This document shows positions 1 to 12,645 of a stretch of DNA of 64,000 nt, one piece after another. Position 1 is the first letter of the stretch, and the number at the start of each line of letters is the position of its first letter. The position numbers were made by a program, and so were the translations under genes. This DNA is from Convolutriloba macropyga (lineage: Eukaryota), in NCBI RefSeq assembly GCF_964194025.1, contig NC_134470.1:19406001-19470000 (forward strand), in the 5' to 3' direction. A model generated the notes under the pieces. It made no database searches. It saw only the letters and a program-made list of their open reading frames with translations, and was not told the origin of the DNA.

Positions 1-1257
1 TGAAAGGTTGTAAAGATTACGTGACTCTAATGAAGTCCCTGAGAAAATCTGGTTTTCTTCACGCAGTTAGAGATAAAAGCTAGAATTTCGGAGTGACTTC
101 AGTAGAGTCACTTAACCTTGCTTGAAACACGCACGTCGCAAGTTAAAATCCGGAACCGTTGAGATATGGTTAACACTTGAACGCGAGTGTTTCAAATTAT
201 TCCAAATTTGCACATGATTATCGGGAGACCAAGAATATGGAAAGCGAAAAAAAACTTCGCAATTAAAAACTCTCTGCGGACTGATATTTAAATATGAACC
301 ACAGGTAATTAAAAAAATGGCTCTTAACCACTTGACTTTAAACTTTGTTTGAAAGAAGAAATTGAGACAGCAAACAGAATAGAAGACCAACCGCGAAGCA
401 ACGGAAACCAACAGAGTTATGAAACAAATTTATCCGAAAACGATTAAGTTGATTTGTGTTGATTTCACTCTACTTACAGGCCAAAATGGCTGAAAATGTT
501 CACATTCAGTTCAATCAAAATAATTATTGTGTCATGATTTCATTCCCTAGTTATCAAATTTTGTGATTCCAGTTGCTAATGCCGTGATTAGGATTTCGAC
601 ATCGGAAGATGCCAGCTCTTTTGCCCTTTATCGCATCAATGCATGCTGCCATGATGTATTTAATACTAAATAATTATCAAGAGAACACACAATAGGCTGT
701 TATGTGTTCAGAAGTTTCATCATAACGGGCTGTTTTAGACTGTACGCAAGTGGATAGATTGATCTCTCATTTTCGATATAGTCAATATCAAGCATTAAAA
801 ACATTAAGGACCAAATATAAGTCAAGTTTGCGTTTTGATTAAATATGAATACTCTCCTTTTAAAAGTTTATTAACATCGAATAAATATCTGTTACGTCTA
901 TTGATATTTAAGATACTTATTCTGTTAATTATCAATGAGATATCGCAGAAATAGCTCGCGCCTATTGAGATCGAAATCCTGGTAGTCCGAGAGGGTGAAC
1001 AGACTGACAGCGTGTGTGGATATAGAGTGTACAAAGCAAACCTTTCTCTCTCATATTTATCAGGAAACGCATTTTGTTTAATGGCAACTGTAAACACACA
1101 ACAAACAGCAAAAGCGGCGTCAAGTGCATTCGAGTTGAAACTGAAATCATTATGAAACTATTTCACTCTTATGAGCAATTCTTTCATGCTAACAACTTAC
1201 GAATTCTTCAAAAATTGAAACCCGACCAGCTGAATGTTGAACCTAGTTCTCACATAC

Positions 1258-1879
1258 CTGCAAACTGCACGAACTCTGGCTTCTCAATTTTGGAGCTATT
1301 ATCGCGGTCGAATGTTTTGTAGGCAATTGCGATATCCGACCTGGTCTTTCCCAAACAGGCGACCAGGAAACAGTACTCGGGAAATGTGATCACACCTTGC
1401 ATGTCCAACTTCTGGAAGAAATCATGCCTGCTGTAATTATTCACAGGTTTAGGTGTGTTGCGTAATAGTGAGTCCAGATCTTTTTCCTTGATCTGTCTTC
1501 GTCCAATTCGTGGTCTAGGTTGGGATTGAGTAACCGATTCGATGAAATCCATGGGTGTCATTATCAGTTCGCCATTTGTGTACACCATAGAGGCAAACTT
1601 ATCAAACCTCATATGGACCACTTTCTTTCGTTTGCCAGCGGTGGAAGGATCACACGTATTTTTTGAAGGGGCCACTTTTTGTTGCACGCTTTCAGCGTAC
1701 AATCTTCTACTGATAGATATGGGCAAGAATTGTGATTTAGTTTTTGCTTGATCAATGTTTTCAACATCAGTTTGTAGATATTTGGTGGAGGTGTATAGGG
1801 CAAAAGAGCCCACAGTTGCAGCAGAGAGAACTCTGGTCCAATCAGATTGGAGCAATCGCTTTGTTGCTGAACTTGTCAT
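1258..1879 (-). CDS. MICU2/MICU3-like mitochondrial calcium uptake protein, 5' coding exon (remaining exons not identified, probably left of the window)
   Basis: RFDKFASMVYTNGELIMTPMDFIESVT...GVITFPEYCFLVACL...AYKTFDRDNSSKIEKPEF matches the MICU2/3 pattern (RFxxFAS...MTPxDF...GxISYxEYLFL...FDxDGNxxIxKxEF) with an EF-hand loop DRDNSSKIEKPE. Exon ends at CAG|GTATGT (1258/1257); pyrimidine tract + CAG acceptor at 1888-1890. Confidence 0.85.
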
Positions 1880-2627
1880 TATCTAATCTGAAGAAAAAGT
1901 GAACCAATTATCCTCAATCGCGTTGACCTCAGCCATAACAATTTCTAAGCTTTACAATGATACTGCGACTTGTATAAAAAATTTTAAGTGATTCTAACTA
2001 ATAACTCCAGGTAATATAATCAGGTAGCAGCCATATTACCGTAAAAGGTGCACCTGTGTATGCTCTACAACAAGCACATCAAATGTTCGAACACAGCTGT
2101 TTCAAACTGATAAACACAAACAATCATGAAATCTTGAATTTTTACGAAATCTTTTAATTATTCATAACAGTGCATTTATCTTCTTCATAATAATATTGTC
2201 TAGGATCACTCATACTAACAATCCGGTTTTGATTACCTCAAAACTTTTTCTACTAAAAACCTATTATATTAAAACCAATATTACAACTTTATTTTGACAG
2301 ATTGATACATCATTTTCAAAAAAATCTCATGGATGTCACTCGATTTATTACCACAAGACACTGATATTCTCCATTCTCGTACACAGATTACATTGGAAGT
2401 TTTCTGCGCCAAAAATTGTACCACAAATGAATGAAACAGTTCTCGAAAGTAATTCAGCAGAAATTCGTACAAAATAATCTTTACAATTTATTTCTGCTAA
2501 AAATCAAACCTATAAAACGCCAATTCATTTGAGCTTCTACAATAGTCAACTGGAAAACTGGGAACAGACAAAAGAGTTTTCCAGATTAACTTTTTCTGAA
2601 TTATAACAAAATGACGAAGCAACAATG

Positions 2628-5600
2628 AAACAAGGCGGCTCGTTAATGTGCGTTTGCACATGATGTTCCGACCCGAGCTCATCTACATTTTTGACTTAAT
2701 TGTCAACCAAATGAAGAAATAACAAAAATAGACGTTTGAGTTCAAAACAATCGTTACAAAACCTATCTACTAATTGAATTACATAATGCCATGCCTTATC
2801 ACAGCGCCAATGAGATCTGACCTTAAAGAGACTACGAGACAAAAATAACCAAAAAAATTAGCAAAAACAAAAATTTCATAGCAAAAACTTAATATCTAAA
2901 TTTAAAAGCACACAGTAACAATGTCAAAATGCAGTCAGATAAAACCCTAACTACTCAGACTTAATTTCACCTAACTATACAGCGGATGGAAAGATTTCTT
3001 AATGAGACTATATTACAAGTCAACAAAGAGAACGATCATTGAGGCGAAATTCGAAAATTAATCAACATTTTTTAAACCAAGAAATTTCATAAGTCTTAAA
3101 AATCATTAGCGTTTAACTGAATAATCCTTGATCAATTACTAAAAAGTTACTACAAAACCAAAAGGCCTTGTCTTTGGGTAGTTTAAACTTCAAAAATTAG
3201 AAACGATTTGCGAAATCACAAACTATTGCTACCATTAAAATCATTAGCTATTATCTGCTGAATATTATGTATTTTTAATTCAATTCTATTGCTACTAATT
3301 CAGCTGCGGGAATTATACTGAGAAATTAAATAATTTTATTTGGGCCAGATTTGTAAACCATTGGGATCTGTTACTACGCGATTGTTCTGAAAGAAGAGAA
3401 AAAGAAGCGCAAAAAATGACCGCTCAAAAAACGTTCATAAAAACGCATATTATCCAACAAACAAAGCAACGGTGACAAATATTATCTGTATATATGTTAT
3501 TTTAGGGAATACAAGAAATTGGATGTGACCTCTCATTGATGAAAATAAGTTACAATTTGACGAAAAGAGCAACAAAAACTGAAAAGGTTTGAAAATGTAT
3601 ATCATAAACTTTAAAACTAAAGGCTATAAACTGACTAACTGATTCGGGTTACAACATTAAATCAATCCTCAATTACAAGCTTAAGAGACTTGTCAGCAAT
3701 TTACGGCTACCAAAGAACAAAAACCGCAATTTCAAGAAAAAAATTGAGCGAGAAAAGTGTCGAAGGCATTAAAAAATGAACTTTTCCCTGAAAACTTTTC
3801 TTTGTTCAATTAATTTTTTAGCAGCAATGGGATTACTCTTATTCATCAATATAGTTTCAAAAAATCAAACATGAACAAATACATTAGAACCACGAAATTT
3901 TTGAGAAAACTCGTATCAACGCCATCAATTTCATTAGCTTTCAAGGGAATCCACTAAATACGCTAAATTAAGCCTCCATGGGACAACAAGTTTGTTTGCC
4001 AATCACATTTGGTCAATAAGATCTTACAACAAGTTATTGAATATGAAAACAACAACAAACAAAGGCAACAACCAAAAATTCAGTAGAGAAGTGCGAGAAG
4101 AAAGTGTCGAAGCAGTTTAAATCATAAAATCTTCTCGGAAAACTTTATATATGATCCCTTGAACGTCTTCCCTTAAACAATGAGAACTATCAGTAATAAG
4201 ATAATGTGATACGATTTCAAAAGGATCCAAGAACAAGAAAAAGTACACGAAAAGTTTTTTTTAAAAAAATGAAAACTCGTGGCTTTGAAGTTTTAAAACT
4301 AACAGATAGACGATGAAAACGCTAACCATATTAAATTTGACTGCACTAGAAATAAAAAGGGATCCTGTAGGTACTAAGACTGACTAATAGTCCACCAAAA
4401 AAAGATTAGGATCGGATAACCTACAAAAAAAAATTCGGAAAACTTTTTTTTTAAGTCTTAACAGCCATCAAACTCAAAAGGATTTAACGGAGGCCAATAT
4501 CTACGCTCAGAAATAACACGATGGCAGGAAAAAATGTTTGTCAAGCATAAATAATCATTAAGAGATCACAATAAGACTTAAGAGTATAAAAACAACAACA
4601 AAAACAGGCGAAAACCAAAATTCAGTAGAAAAGTCGAGAAAACTTTGAAGCCATTTGAACAATTAGCTTTTCACTGAAAACCTTATCTGGTATCAACTGA
4701 AGGTCTTTTACAAGCCAATAAGATTAGAATATTATTTGGATAATGTGTATAATATTTGGATAATGTGATAAGAGTTCAAAAGTAACCAATAATACGAAAA
4801 TATCCAGATTTTTTTTTTAATTTTGAACTATTGTGTAATTGAAGTCATATAATCAAAAGTTAGAAGATAAAACCGCCGACAAAATTTAATTCGAGCCAAT
4901 AGCAAGTGGGTTCTGTCAAAACTGAGACTGACTAACAGTTCAGGAAAATTTTAAGATTGGTTAATGTTCACAAAAATTTTCGAAAAATTAATTTCAAATT
5001 CTTAACAGACATTAAACTCAATAAATTTCAACAGAAGTCAACAAATACGCTCAAATATGCTTCAATAGGAGTATGGAGATGTTTGTCATGCATAGGTGAC
5101 CAATAGGACATCACAGCAAATCTTATGACTATGAAAAAAAACATCAAAATCAGGCAAAAACCAAAAATTCAGTAGAGAAGTGCAAGAAGAAAGTGTCGAA
5201 GCAATTTAAATCATAAGTTCTTCTCCGAAAACTTTACATATTATCCGTTGAACGTCTTCCCTAAACCAATGGGATCCATCGGTATTAGGATAATGTGATA
5301 AGAATTCAAAAGGATCCAAAAATAAGAAAAAGTACTCAAAAGTAAAAAAAAAACATGAAAACTAGTGGCATTGCAGTTCTAAAACTAATAGGTAGAAGAT
5401 AAAACCGCTAAGCAGATTATTTTTGACTGCATTAGAAATAAAAAGGGAAAGTACTAATACTGACTGACAGTTCACGAAAAAAAAAGTTTAGGATTGGTAA
5501 ATGTTCAAAAAAATTCGAAAAACTGTTTTTAAAGTCTTAACAGCCATTAACCTCAAAAGCTTTTAACGGAGGTCAATAACTACTCTTAATTATAACACGA

Positions 5601-6818
5601 TGGCAGGAAGAGCAAGTTTTTCATGCATAGATAATCAATAAGAGATCACAATAAGTCTTAAGACTATGAAAACAACAACAAAAACAGGTAAAAACCAAAA
5701 ATTCAGTAGAGAAGTGCGAGAAGAAAAGGTCGAAGCCATTTGAAACCATAAGCTGTTCTCTAAAAAATTTATTTTTGATCCAAAGAACGTCTTCCTTAAG
5801 CCAATAGCAGCTGTCAATTTCAGGATAATGTGATAAGATTTCAAAAGTAACCAATAAGACGGAAATATCAAAAAAAATTAAATTTTATTGAAATCTTGTG
5901 TCATTGAAGTCATATAACTAAAAGTTAGACAATTAAACCGCCAACTAGATCAAATATGGTTACAGGACGGATGAGCGTGCTGTTATCACAGAGATTGACT
6001 TACAGGTCACGATAATAAGTTTATGATTGGTTAATGTTCGAAAAAATTTTCGAAAACTTTTTAAGTCCAGCTATTAGTTGTCCACTCGAAGCACTAGATA
6101 TGCTCACTTAAATCTTATCACGGAACATATTGCACTGTTAGTCAATGAGTCCATACCATAAGACTAAAAAAAATTAGTAAAACCTCAAAGAAATTCGAAA
6201 TTTCATTTAAAATTACAAAAACTCAGAGTCGAATTTAAAAAAAAACATGAGCAAGTCCTTGAAAACGTTGTTTTTGTTCATTGGGCTTCATTTGACTGTA
6301 AAGGAGGTTTGTCATTAACGGAACCTCGATATGAAAAGTGACTTGTCTCTAGGTGACTTAAAAAAGCACAAAAAAAGTAGAAAAGTTTTATAAAAAAGAG
6401 CTCTGATAGATTTCGAATTTTTTTTTGATATTGAAGCTCCCTATGAGACCAGAACTAGTCTTTTTTTTAACCGCCTTTAGTCTATTAGGAACACAAAATT
6501 GGTTCATTTTTTGGCAAGAAATTTAAGTTTGGAATACTATTTTTATAGAAAATATCTTAATTTGAAGAAAAATCACACTAAAAGTGAACAAATATCCCGT
6601 GTTCACACAAAACTTCAATCCTCGATAACTCCTCGAAAAAAAAAACGAAATCAAGAAATATTTTTAATTTTGAATTCTACGCTGGACCAGCTTTTTAATG
6701 ATACCACTCACATTTCTCTGCGATGAATATATCGATCGGCCAAAATTGACTGAACAAAAAAAACCCATTTGAGTATATAGTTCCTCCCCCCCCCCCCCCC
6801 CAAGTGGGGTCGGAACAA
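2628..6818 (-). mobile_element. Non-autonomous Helentron/DINE-1-like element, family A, copy A1
   Basis: Left end aaacaaggcggctcgttaatgtgcgtttgcacatgatgttccgacc (stem-loop + subTIR), right end cccatttgagtatatagttcctcc...caagtggggtcggaacaa. Same termini recur at 20882/23717, 39005/42717 and 46119/48354. Confidence 0.7.
3900..5990. repeat. ~540-bp tandem repeat (about 4 units) with ~1085-bp higher-order period, inside A1
   Basis: Motif aaattcagtagagaagtgcgagaagaaa..tcgaagc at ~4076, 4618, 5165, 5699; alternate units are more alike. Confidence 0.8.
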
Positions 6819-7956
6819 AAAAATGAGGACTTTGGTTCCACTACAGGATAACATAAATAATTTACAGTGTCAATAAAAATGAGAAATAAGACATGTCAAA
6901 ATCAAATTGTGGAATAGATGGAATCTAAGTTCAAGAAAAAATTCAAAATCTATCCGAAAGACCGCGAAAACTAAATCAATCGCAAACAAAATTTATTTAC
7001 AGGAAGTTACACTCTATTTTATCAAAACTAAGTGTTTTGTGCAAAAACTGACTCTCAATTTGAACAAAGCATCAGATATTTACCCGAACTCATGCAAAAA
7101 ATAGTGGTTTCATCAAAACATCCCAGAAGAAATATTAATAGTGATAATACAATAAGAACATATTCGGCTATTAATAAATTTGTTTTCAAGTAGAAGTTTT
7201 AATTCCTAAAATGTGAAGTACTCGCAATTAATCTTCTCGGTTCAAGGCCTACGTGTTACTATTAAGCGAGAATTCAATAGTAAATACACAATACTGCATA
7301 CCAAGTAGCGAGTTCTCCTCACAGTAGTTTGCAGGTCATCAAAAGACCAGGTTCGTACTTTTTGCCCTTAAAGTAGCAACGAATTTACGGCAGAAAACAA
7401 AGTGTATAACTACGACACAATTTGCACCCGGAAAGCAATGTTAAAAATCAGAAAATTGAATAGGGATGTCCTGAGGATATGAGTGCGCATATTCAGTTAT
7501 CGCACGTCAGAACCTGATGTCATGCTTAAACAAAACCCAAAGGCCCGTAGAATTATTACTCATGCTTTGTTTACGAGCTTATCAGACACTACGCTTAAAT
7601 CTATTGCGACATTCTTGTGAAAGTTTACCGTTTCATGTAAACAACAAAGTTTGCAGATCAGTTACCTATAAATTAGTGATAAAATCATGATTGATTGCAG
7701 TCGTTTGGCGTTCAAACTAACACTAATTGAAAAACAAACAGCTATCAAGCTAGAGCTAAACAAAATTCCTGATAAGATCTTCGAGCTTATCGGTGGAGTA
7801 GACCACCATAAAATTTATCACTTTAACAGTTCCCCGTTTTGTCAACTGAATTGCGACAGTAGTAGCTATAAATTAACCCTGCAAGTTTAACAAAGCCAGT
7901 CGGTCAGCAGCACAAAAACTGAAATCTAAAACTTTAGTACGGTTGAGCAGAACAAA

Positions 7957-8141
7957 ATGCCTAACGACAAAGTTCTCCATGACAGCCAAGTTGCTGGAGG
8001 AGAATGGCGACGCGGAATTGACGAGGCTCTCAGTAAGAACTTGGGCGGATACAAATCTCTACCGGAGGGCTCCAGTGGCGAACTCTCTATATATGGGAAA
8101 TACGTGGAGCCAATTCTACATGCAACGGAACACACTGCCAG
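7957..8141 (+). CDS. Unknown 103-aa protein, paralog 1, exon 1
   Basis: MPNDKVLHDSQVAGG...LSKNLGGYKSL...YGKYVEPILHATEHTAR; 47/62 identical to the 19492 exon with many synonymous changes. Conservation stops at gccAG|GAttgg. Confidence 0.8.
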
Positions 8142-8174
8142 GATTGGTTTTATTCTAATTCTAGTGTACCAACC

Positions 8175-8572
8175 TTTTCACCCCGTTTAGACCCCCCCCC
8201 CCCCACCCCTATCATTTAACCCCGATTATTTCAACCCAGTATCAAATCCGACACTATCAAATCCTTAAAAAATTGATATTACTTTTACAGTCATCTACTT
8301 TTACAATCTTCTTTAAACCCTAAGAATTTCTAATTTCGAGTATAAATTCCTGAACTCGTTATCCAAATCCTGTATATCGTTTATTTTAATATTCAAAATA
8401 AACGATATGCAGGGTTTGGATAACGAGTTCAGGTATTTATACTCGAAATTAGAAATCCTTACGGTTTGGGAAAACGGTTTTGCGGTGAAAATTTTGCGGG
8501 GCGAATTGATATAGGGCTGAAAACAAAAGGTGTCATAAGGTGTGGGGTGATTATCTTAATCGGGGTGAAAAG
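8175..8572. mobile_element. Fold-back/MITE-like insertion in paralog-1 intron with central ~150-bp palindrome (8315-8467)
   Basis: Outer inverted ends cttttcaccccg...cggggtgaaaag; inner arms atttctaatttcgagtataaa...tttatactcgaaattagaaat. Not seen in the paralog-2 intron. No clear TSD. Confidence 0.6.
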
Positions 8573-9022
8573 AAGAACCCTATTTTCGCCTCGAACCTAT
8601 TGACAAACTCTTATTCAAGAACAATTCATGTAATTTGATCTCTCTCAAAGCAGTCCATTCAAATCGAAATCGGATTACCGCATCGTTAAAAGATAGGATT
8701 GTCAAAGTAGATGATATTAATGCAGGAACACATACTTCTACGCCTGTCCGGACAAAACAGTCCCAAATAGTTACCCCCAAAGTCATTAATTACATCATAG
8801 CTCATTAAATCAAAATTTGAGAGCAAATCTGATTCTTAAAAAAATTAGACCTATTTAGGCAGAAATTCTTGTCATCGCTAGAAATGGAGAGCAGTCAACA
8901 ATTCAACCTAACCGATTTCGATTCGATGTATACGTGTTTACGCATTCTTAAGCTTCATTAAAAAATTCGAATAGTAGAAAGGGCTGTGAAAAAAACTAGA
9001 TTTAAAAAAAGCTGTGTTACAG

Positions 9023-9149
9023 GGCAATAATGAACAACAATGGGATGGAATGGGCCAGAGCAAAAGACGGATTAAACACTTTGGGGTCTGGACTTCATAC
9101 GAGAGACAACAAACACCAGCAAGAGTACAGCAAACAGCAGCAGAAGTAG
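9023..9149 (+). CDS. Unknown 103-aa protein, paralog 1, exon 2 (frame not in ORF track)
   Basis: Acceptor gtgttacAG at 9022; phase-2 frame AIMNNNGMEWARAKDGLNTLGSGLHTRDNKHQQEYSKQQQK*, same length and frame as 20087-20213. Confidence 0.75.
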
Positions 9150-11450
9150 CACTAATTAAATCCCAGTCAATACATGAAACCAGTCAATTAAAACATGAAA
9201 CTCATTATTCCAACAATTGACATAACCATTTCTCTCTCTTCCAATCAACTCTGCAACTAACATCAAGAGTTCATGCGAAAGGTCATGTTGCTTCAAAACT
9301 GCTACAAAATTAGCCAATTACAAACCATAGCTGGTCTATAGCCGCTAAATTGAAACATAACTGACTAGAATCAGACGAACACCTCTCAAACTACAGGCAA
9401 GGGGTTCAGTTTGATTGTATCTAGCTTAAGGACAGGGACACCAGTCTCAGAGTGGGGGGGGGGGGGGGTAAATTACAGAGAGCCACTCAGAGACGTAAAA
9501 CCCTTGGGCTTTATCAGTTTATCCCGTTTTTTAAGATGGAAAGTTTAAGCTTTAAAAAAAATTGATAAACTTCAAAAATCTTCTAAAAAGAAAAACATAA
9601 CCAGCAGAGTCCCAGAATAGCTGCGAAAGAATAGACTTGCGTGCCGTATAATAAAGATAGAAACAGATACAGACATAAGTTGAAAAAGTAATCGACGCCG
9701 CTCAAAAAACTGTAAAAAACAATCGGCGATAAATTAATAAAGCTTGTTAAAATTCATTCCGCAGAAGCCTCGTATTAGGGACCTTTACTGCACAAATGAG
9801 TTCCTTTGAACTTAAACTAATTCAAATTAAACTAAAGTTTTAAAGAGCAAAAGTCACTTTTATTGAGTGAGGTAAGTCACGTATGATCAAAATCTAATCA
9901 CAAAAATGAGCAAAAAATTTGGTTAAAGAGAGTGATAAATAACGTCACGCGCTCAAATGCCATTAGTGAGAGGGAAGACATTCAGCAAATTCAACTTTTT
10001 CATCTTTGCTGTGTGAACAAATGTAAAACGAAAAAGAGCGTCAAACGACGAAATAAACATAGCCGGAAAATTCCTGGCCAACAATTAGGAGAATTATTTT
10101 TAACTAAACAAAGAAATAGACCTAGAAATGACTATGACTGAATTAGGAAAACAATTTGAAAAAAATCTATCCAAAATGGAAAAAAAAGCAATAATAATTG
10201 ATGCGGAAATTCCACGTGAGAACAAAAAAACACTAACGAGAAAGTGAATTTTTGTTCATAGACCGTTTTCTCACTCTACTTAAAAATTAGGATAAAAAAG
10301 TTCACGCCGCAAAACCACTCGCTTTTTCGCTCCTCTTCCTATTTCGGCGTGACCAAAATCATCGCCTCAATTTGACTTCAAAATTCATGAAAATGTTTGA
10401 ACAGATCTCGAAAACCATAGCCAAGAAATTCCGGAAACGACTCGGAGTAGAAAATGGATATACTAACTGACATTAAAAACCTCCTAATTGATAATGACAA
10501 TCAATTTGTAAAGTAGCTGACAACAAAAAGTGATAAAAATTTGAAAGGGTCCAAAAAACAAAACGGCTCCAAAATCAACTACTGGCGAAAATCCTTTTCG
10601 AAACAGTTAGTTCTCATTCAGTTACCGAATGCCAATTCATAGAAGATGCTACAAAACAGTTCATACAGAGAAAACCGGGGAAAGGAAAAGAAAGGACGAG
10701 GTCGAAAAAAATTCGACAAAACATTTGAATAAAATTATCCAGAAAAAATTGAAAAGCTAATTGTCATCAATCATTCGGCAAATAAATTTTATTACATTAT
10801 CACTTACTCTGCCAACACCTGGCAAAAACAACAAAAAATGCAAACAGCGAAAAAATTAAGAAATTTGTATTATTTATTTCAGTTATAAGTACCCTTTCCG
10901 ACCTTCAAGGTTACTTTTAGGAGCAAAAAGCTGTAGAAGAGATCCAAACTGAAGATCAAACAAGAAAAACTATATCGAGAGGCTTAAAATGAGCAACAAA
11001 AAATATTCGAAAATCTTCAAATATTCACAAAAGACAAAAATTTTCTTAAATTTACTCAATTATCTTAAAAAAAACAACTGAAGATCAACAACAATTGCAT
11101 CGCAAAACGAACCAAAACTAATAAAACAGCTAATTTGATTTAACACTCTCCAAATGCTATAAAAATTTTTAAAAAAATACAAGAACAGCTAAAAAAAGCG
11201 TAAATGATTTAAAAAAAATGGTAAAAAAATAGCTCAAAATTGAATCTAAATTATCTTTTTTTAATCATATGGTCAAAAAAGCTTTCGAATGGACTATTAA
11301 AAGTTTGGGTAAACAACACAACGTCTCTTACTGAGAAAACTGGAGTCTAAACCAAGAAACTGCACTGAAAATGCCAAACGTGATCAGAAAAATTCGCTCG
11401 CTTAACGAAAATTTTTTCACACCTACTTTTCTCGCTCTCTCAAAAATATA

Positions 11451-11633
11451 NNNNNNNNNNNNNNNNNNNNNNNNNNNNNNNNNNNNNNNNNNNNNNNNNN
11501 NNNNNNNNNNNNNNNNNNNNNNNNNNNNNNNNNNNNNNNNNNNNNNNNNNNNNNNNNNNNNNNNNNNNNNNNNNNNNNNNNNNNNNNNNNNNNNNNNNNN
11601 NNNNNNNNNNNNNNNNNNNNNNNNNNNNNNNNN
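11451..11633. other. Assembly gap (183 N)
   Basis: Run of N. Confidence 0.99.
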
Positions 11634-12481
11634 CAACAAAACTACCGATAAAAAAGACGATCCGCCAATACTCCTCTTCGAGTCGCAAAAAAGACAGCGC
11701 ACCAATACAATTCAAATTCTTTGAATTGTAAAAAATCAAGAGCACCGCGATATAGCTCCGATCAGCTTACAGCTTTGCAGCTATAAAAAGGAGAAGCAAA
11801 AAATTTTCCGTACATAAAGAAGACAAACACACACGCACATACACACGTTTAGAAAAATTGCACCGTTCGAGAGTTCCGTTCGAGGTAAAAACTTCGGGGT
11901 AAAAACTTCGTTCGAGGTAAAAACTTTGTTCGAGAGCAATTGAAAAGCGTGTTTCTAGAAAAGTTACGTAAGTAACACAATTGCAGTCTTAGACTAGGCA
12001 ATTTTAAAAAAATCTAATACTTCATGTGCACATCTTAATTAAGATTCACTTTATTGATTATTTATGTTTTCTAATGACTACACTAAAAACAACAGAAGTA
12101 ATAGGTCCCTGTTTAGTTTTTCTCGAAAAATCGTAGAAAAAAAGAGCCAATGACAAAACATAGCTGACAGAAGAGGGCCACCAAATTGGAATAAACGTTA
12201 AAAAAATTATGGTAGTACTAAAAATTTCATATTTCATGCAAAATTAAATTCTACTGCAAAAAAAAACTACCACTTCGGGGAACAGAAATTAATTCAGCTG
12301 CACTTTTTTAACCATAAATTTTAGATACTATATCCTTCAACAGTCAAGTAACAGCCAATTCGTTTATTCGGGCAGCTTACTATTGGTTTCTGACGCAACC
12401 ACTTAATGCTGGATTGAAACGGGGATAGCAATAAAAAATGTCGGGATGTAGTTGCCTTGTTTTCTGACGTAACGCTGCATC

Positions 12482-12645
12482 TTTAATGCTTTTTGCAGTC
12501 TAATGCGTTAAATGACCATTAAGACTCATTATTACGATAAGCGTCCTTTGATGATTGTCCATTAATTCTAATCATCAAAGTACGCTTGTCGTAATAGTTG
12601 AGTCTTAATGGTCATTTAACGCATTAGACTGCAAAAAGCATTAAA
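12482..12645. repeat. Near-perfect 164-bp palindrome (fold-back/MITE-like)
   Basis: tttaatgctttttgcagtctaatgcgttaaatgaccattaagactca...tgagtcttaatggtcatttaacgcattagactgcaaaaagcattaaa; ~75-bp arms, short loop. Confidence 0.9.

Noticed and set aside
822-1150. Next MICU exon
   Set aside because: No frame resembles the expected downstream MICU sequence (e.g. FFGxxG...F).
8142-8148. Canonical GT donor at +6 (and 19679-19680 in paralog 2)
   Set aside because: Direct splicing to the conserved acceptors gives immediate stops in both paralogs, and I see no conserved middle exon in the 413-nt paralog-2 intron.
9014-9220. ORF-track frames 9014-9220 and 20081-20263 as exon-2 products
   Set aside because: The alternative frame is clearly better conserved (EWARAKD, GSGLHT) and has aligned stop codons.
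11328-11745. ORFs of 101-125 aa
   Set aside because: They exist only because they span the N gap.
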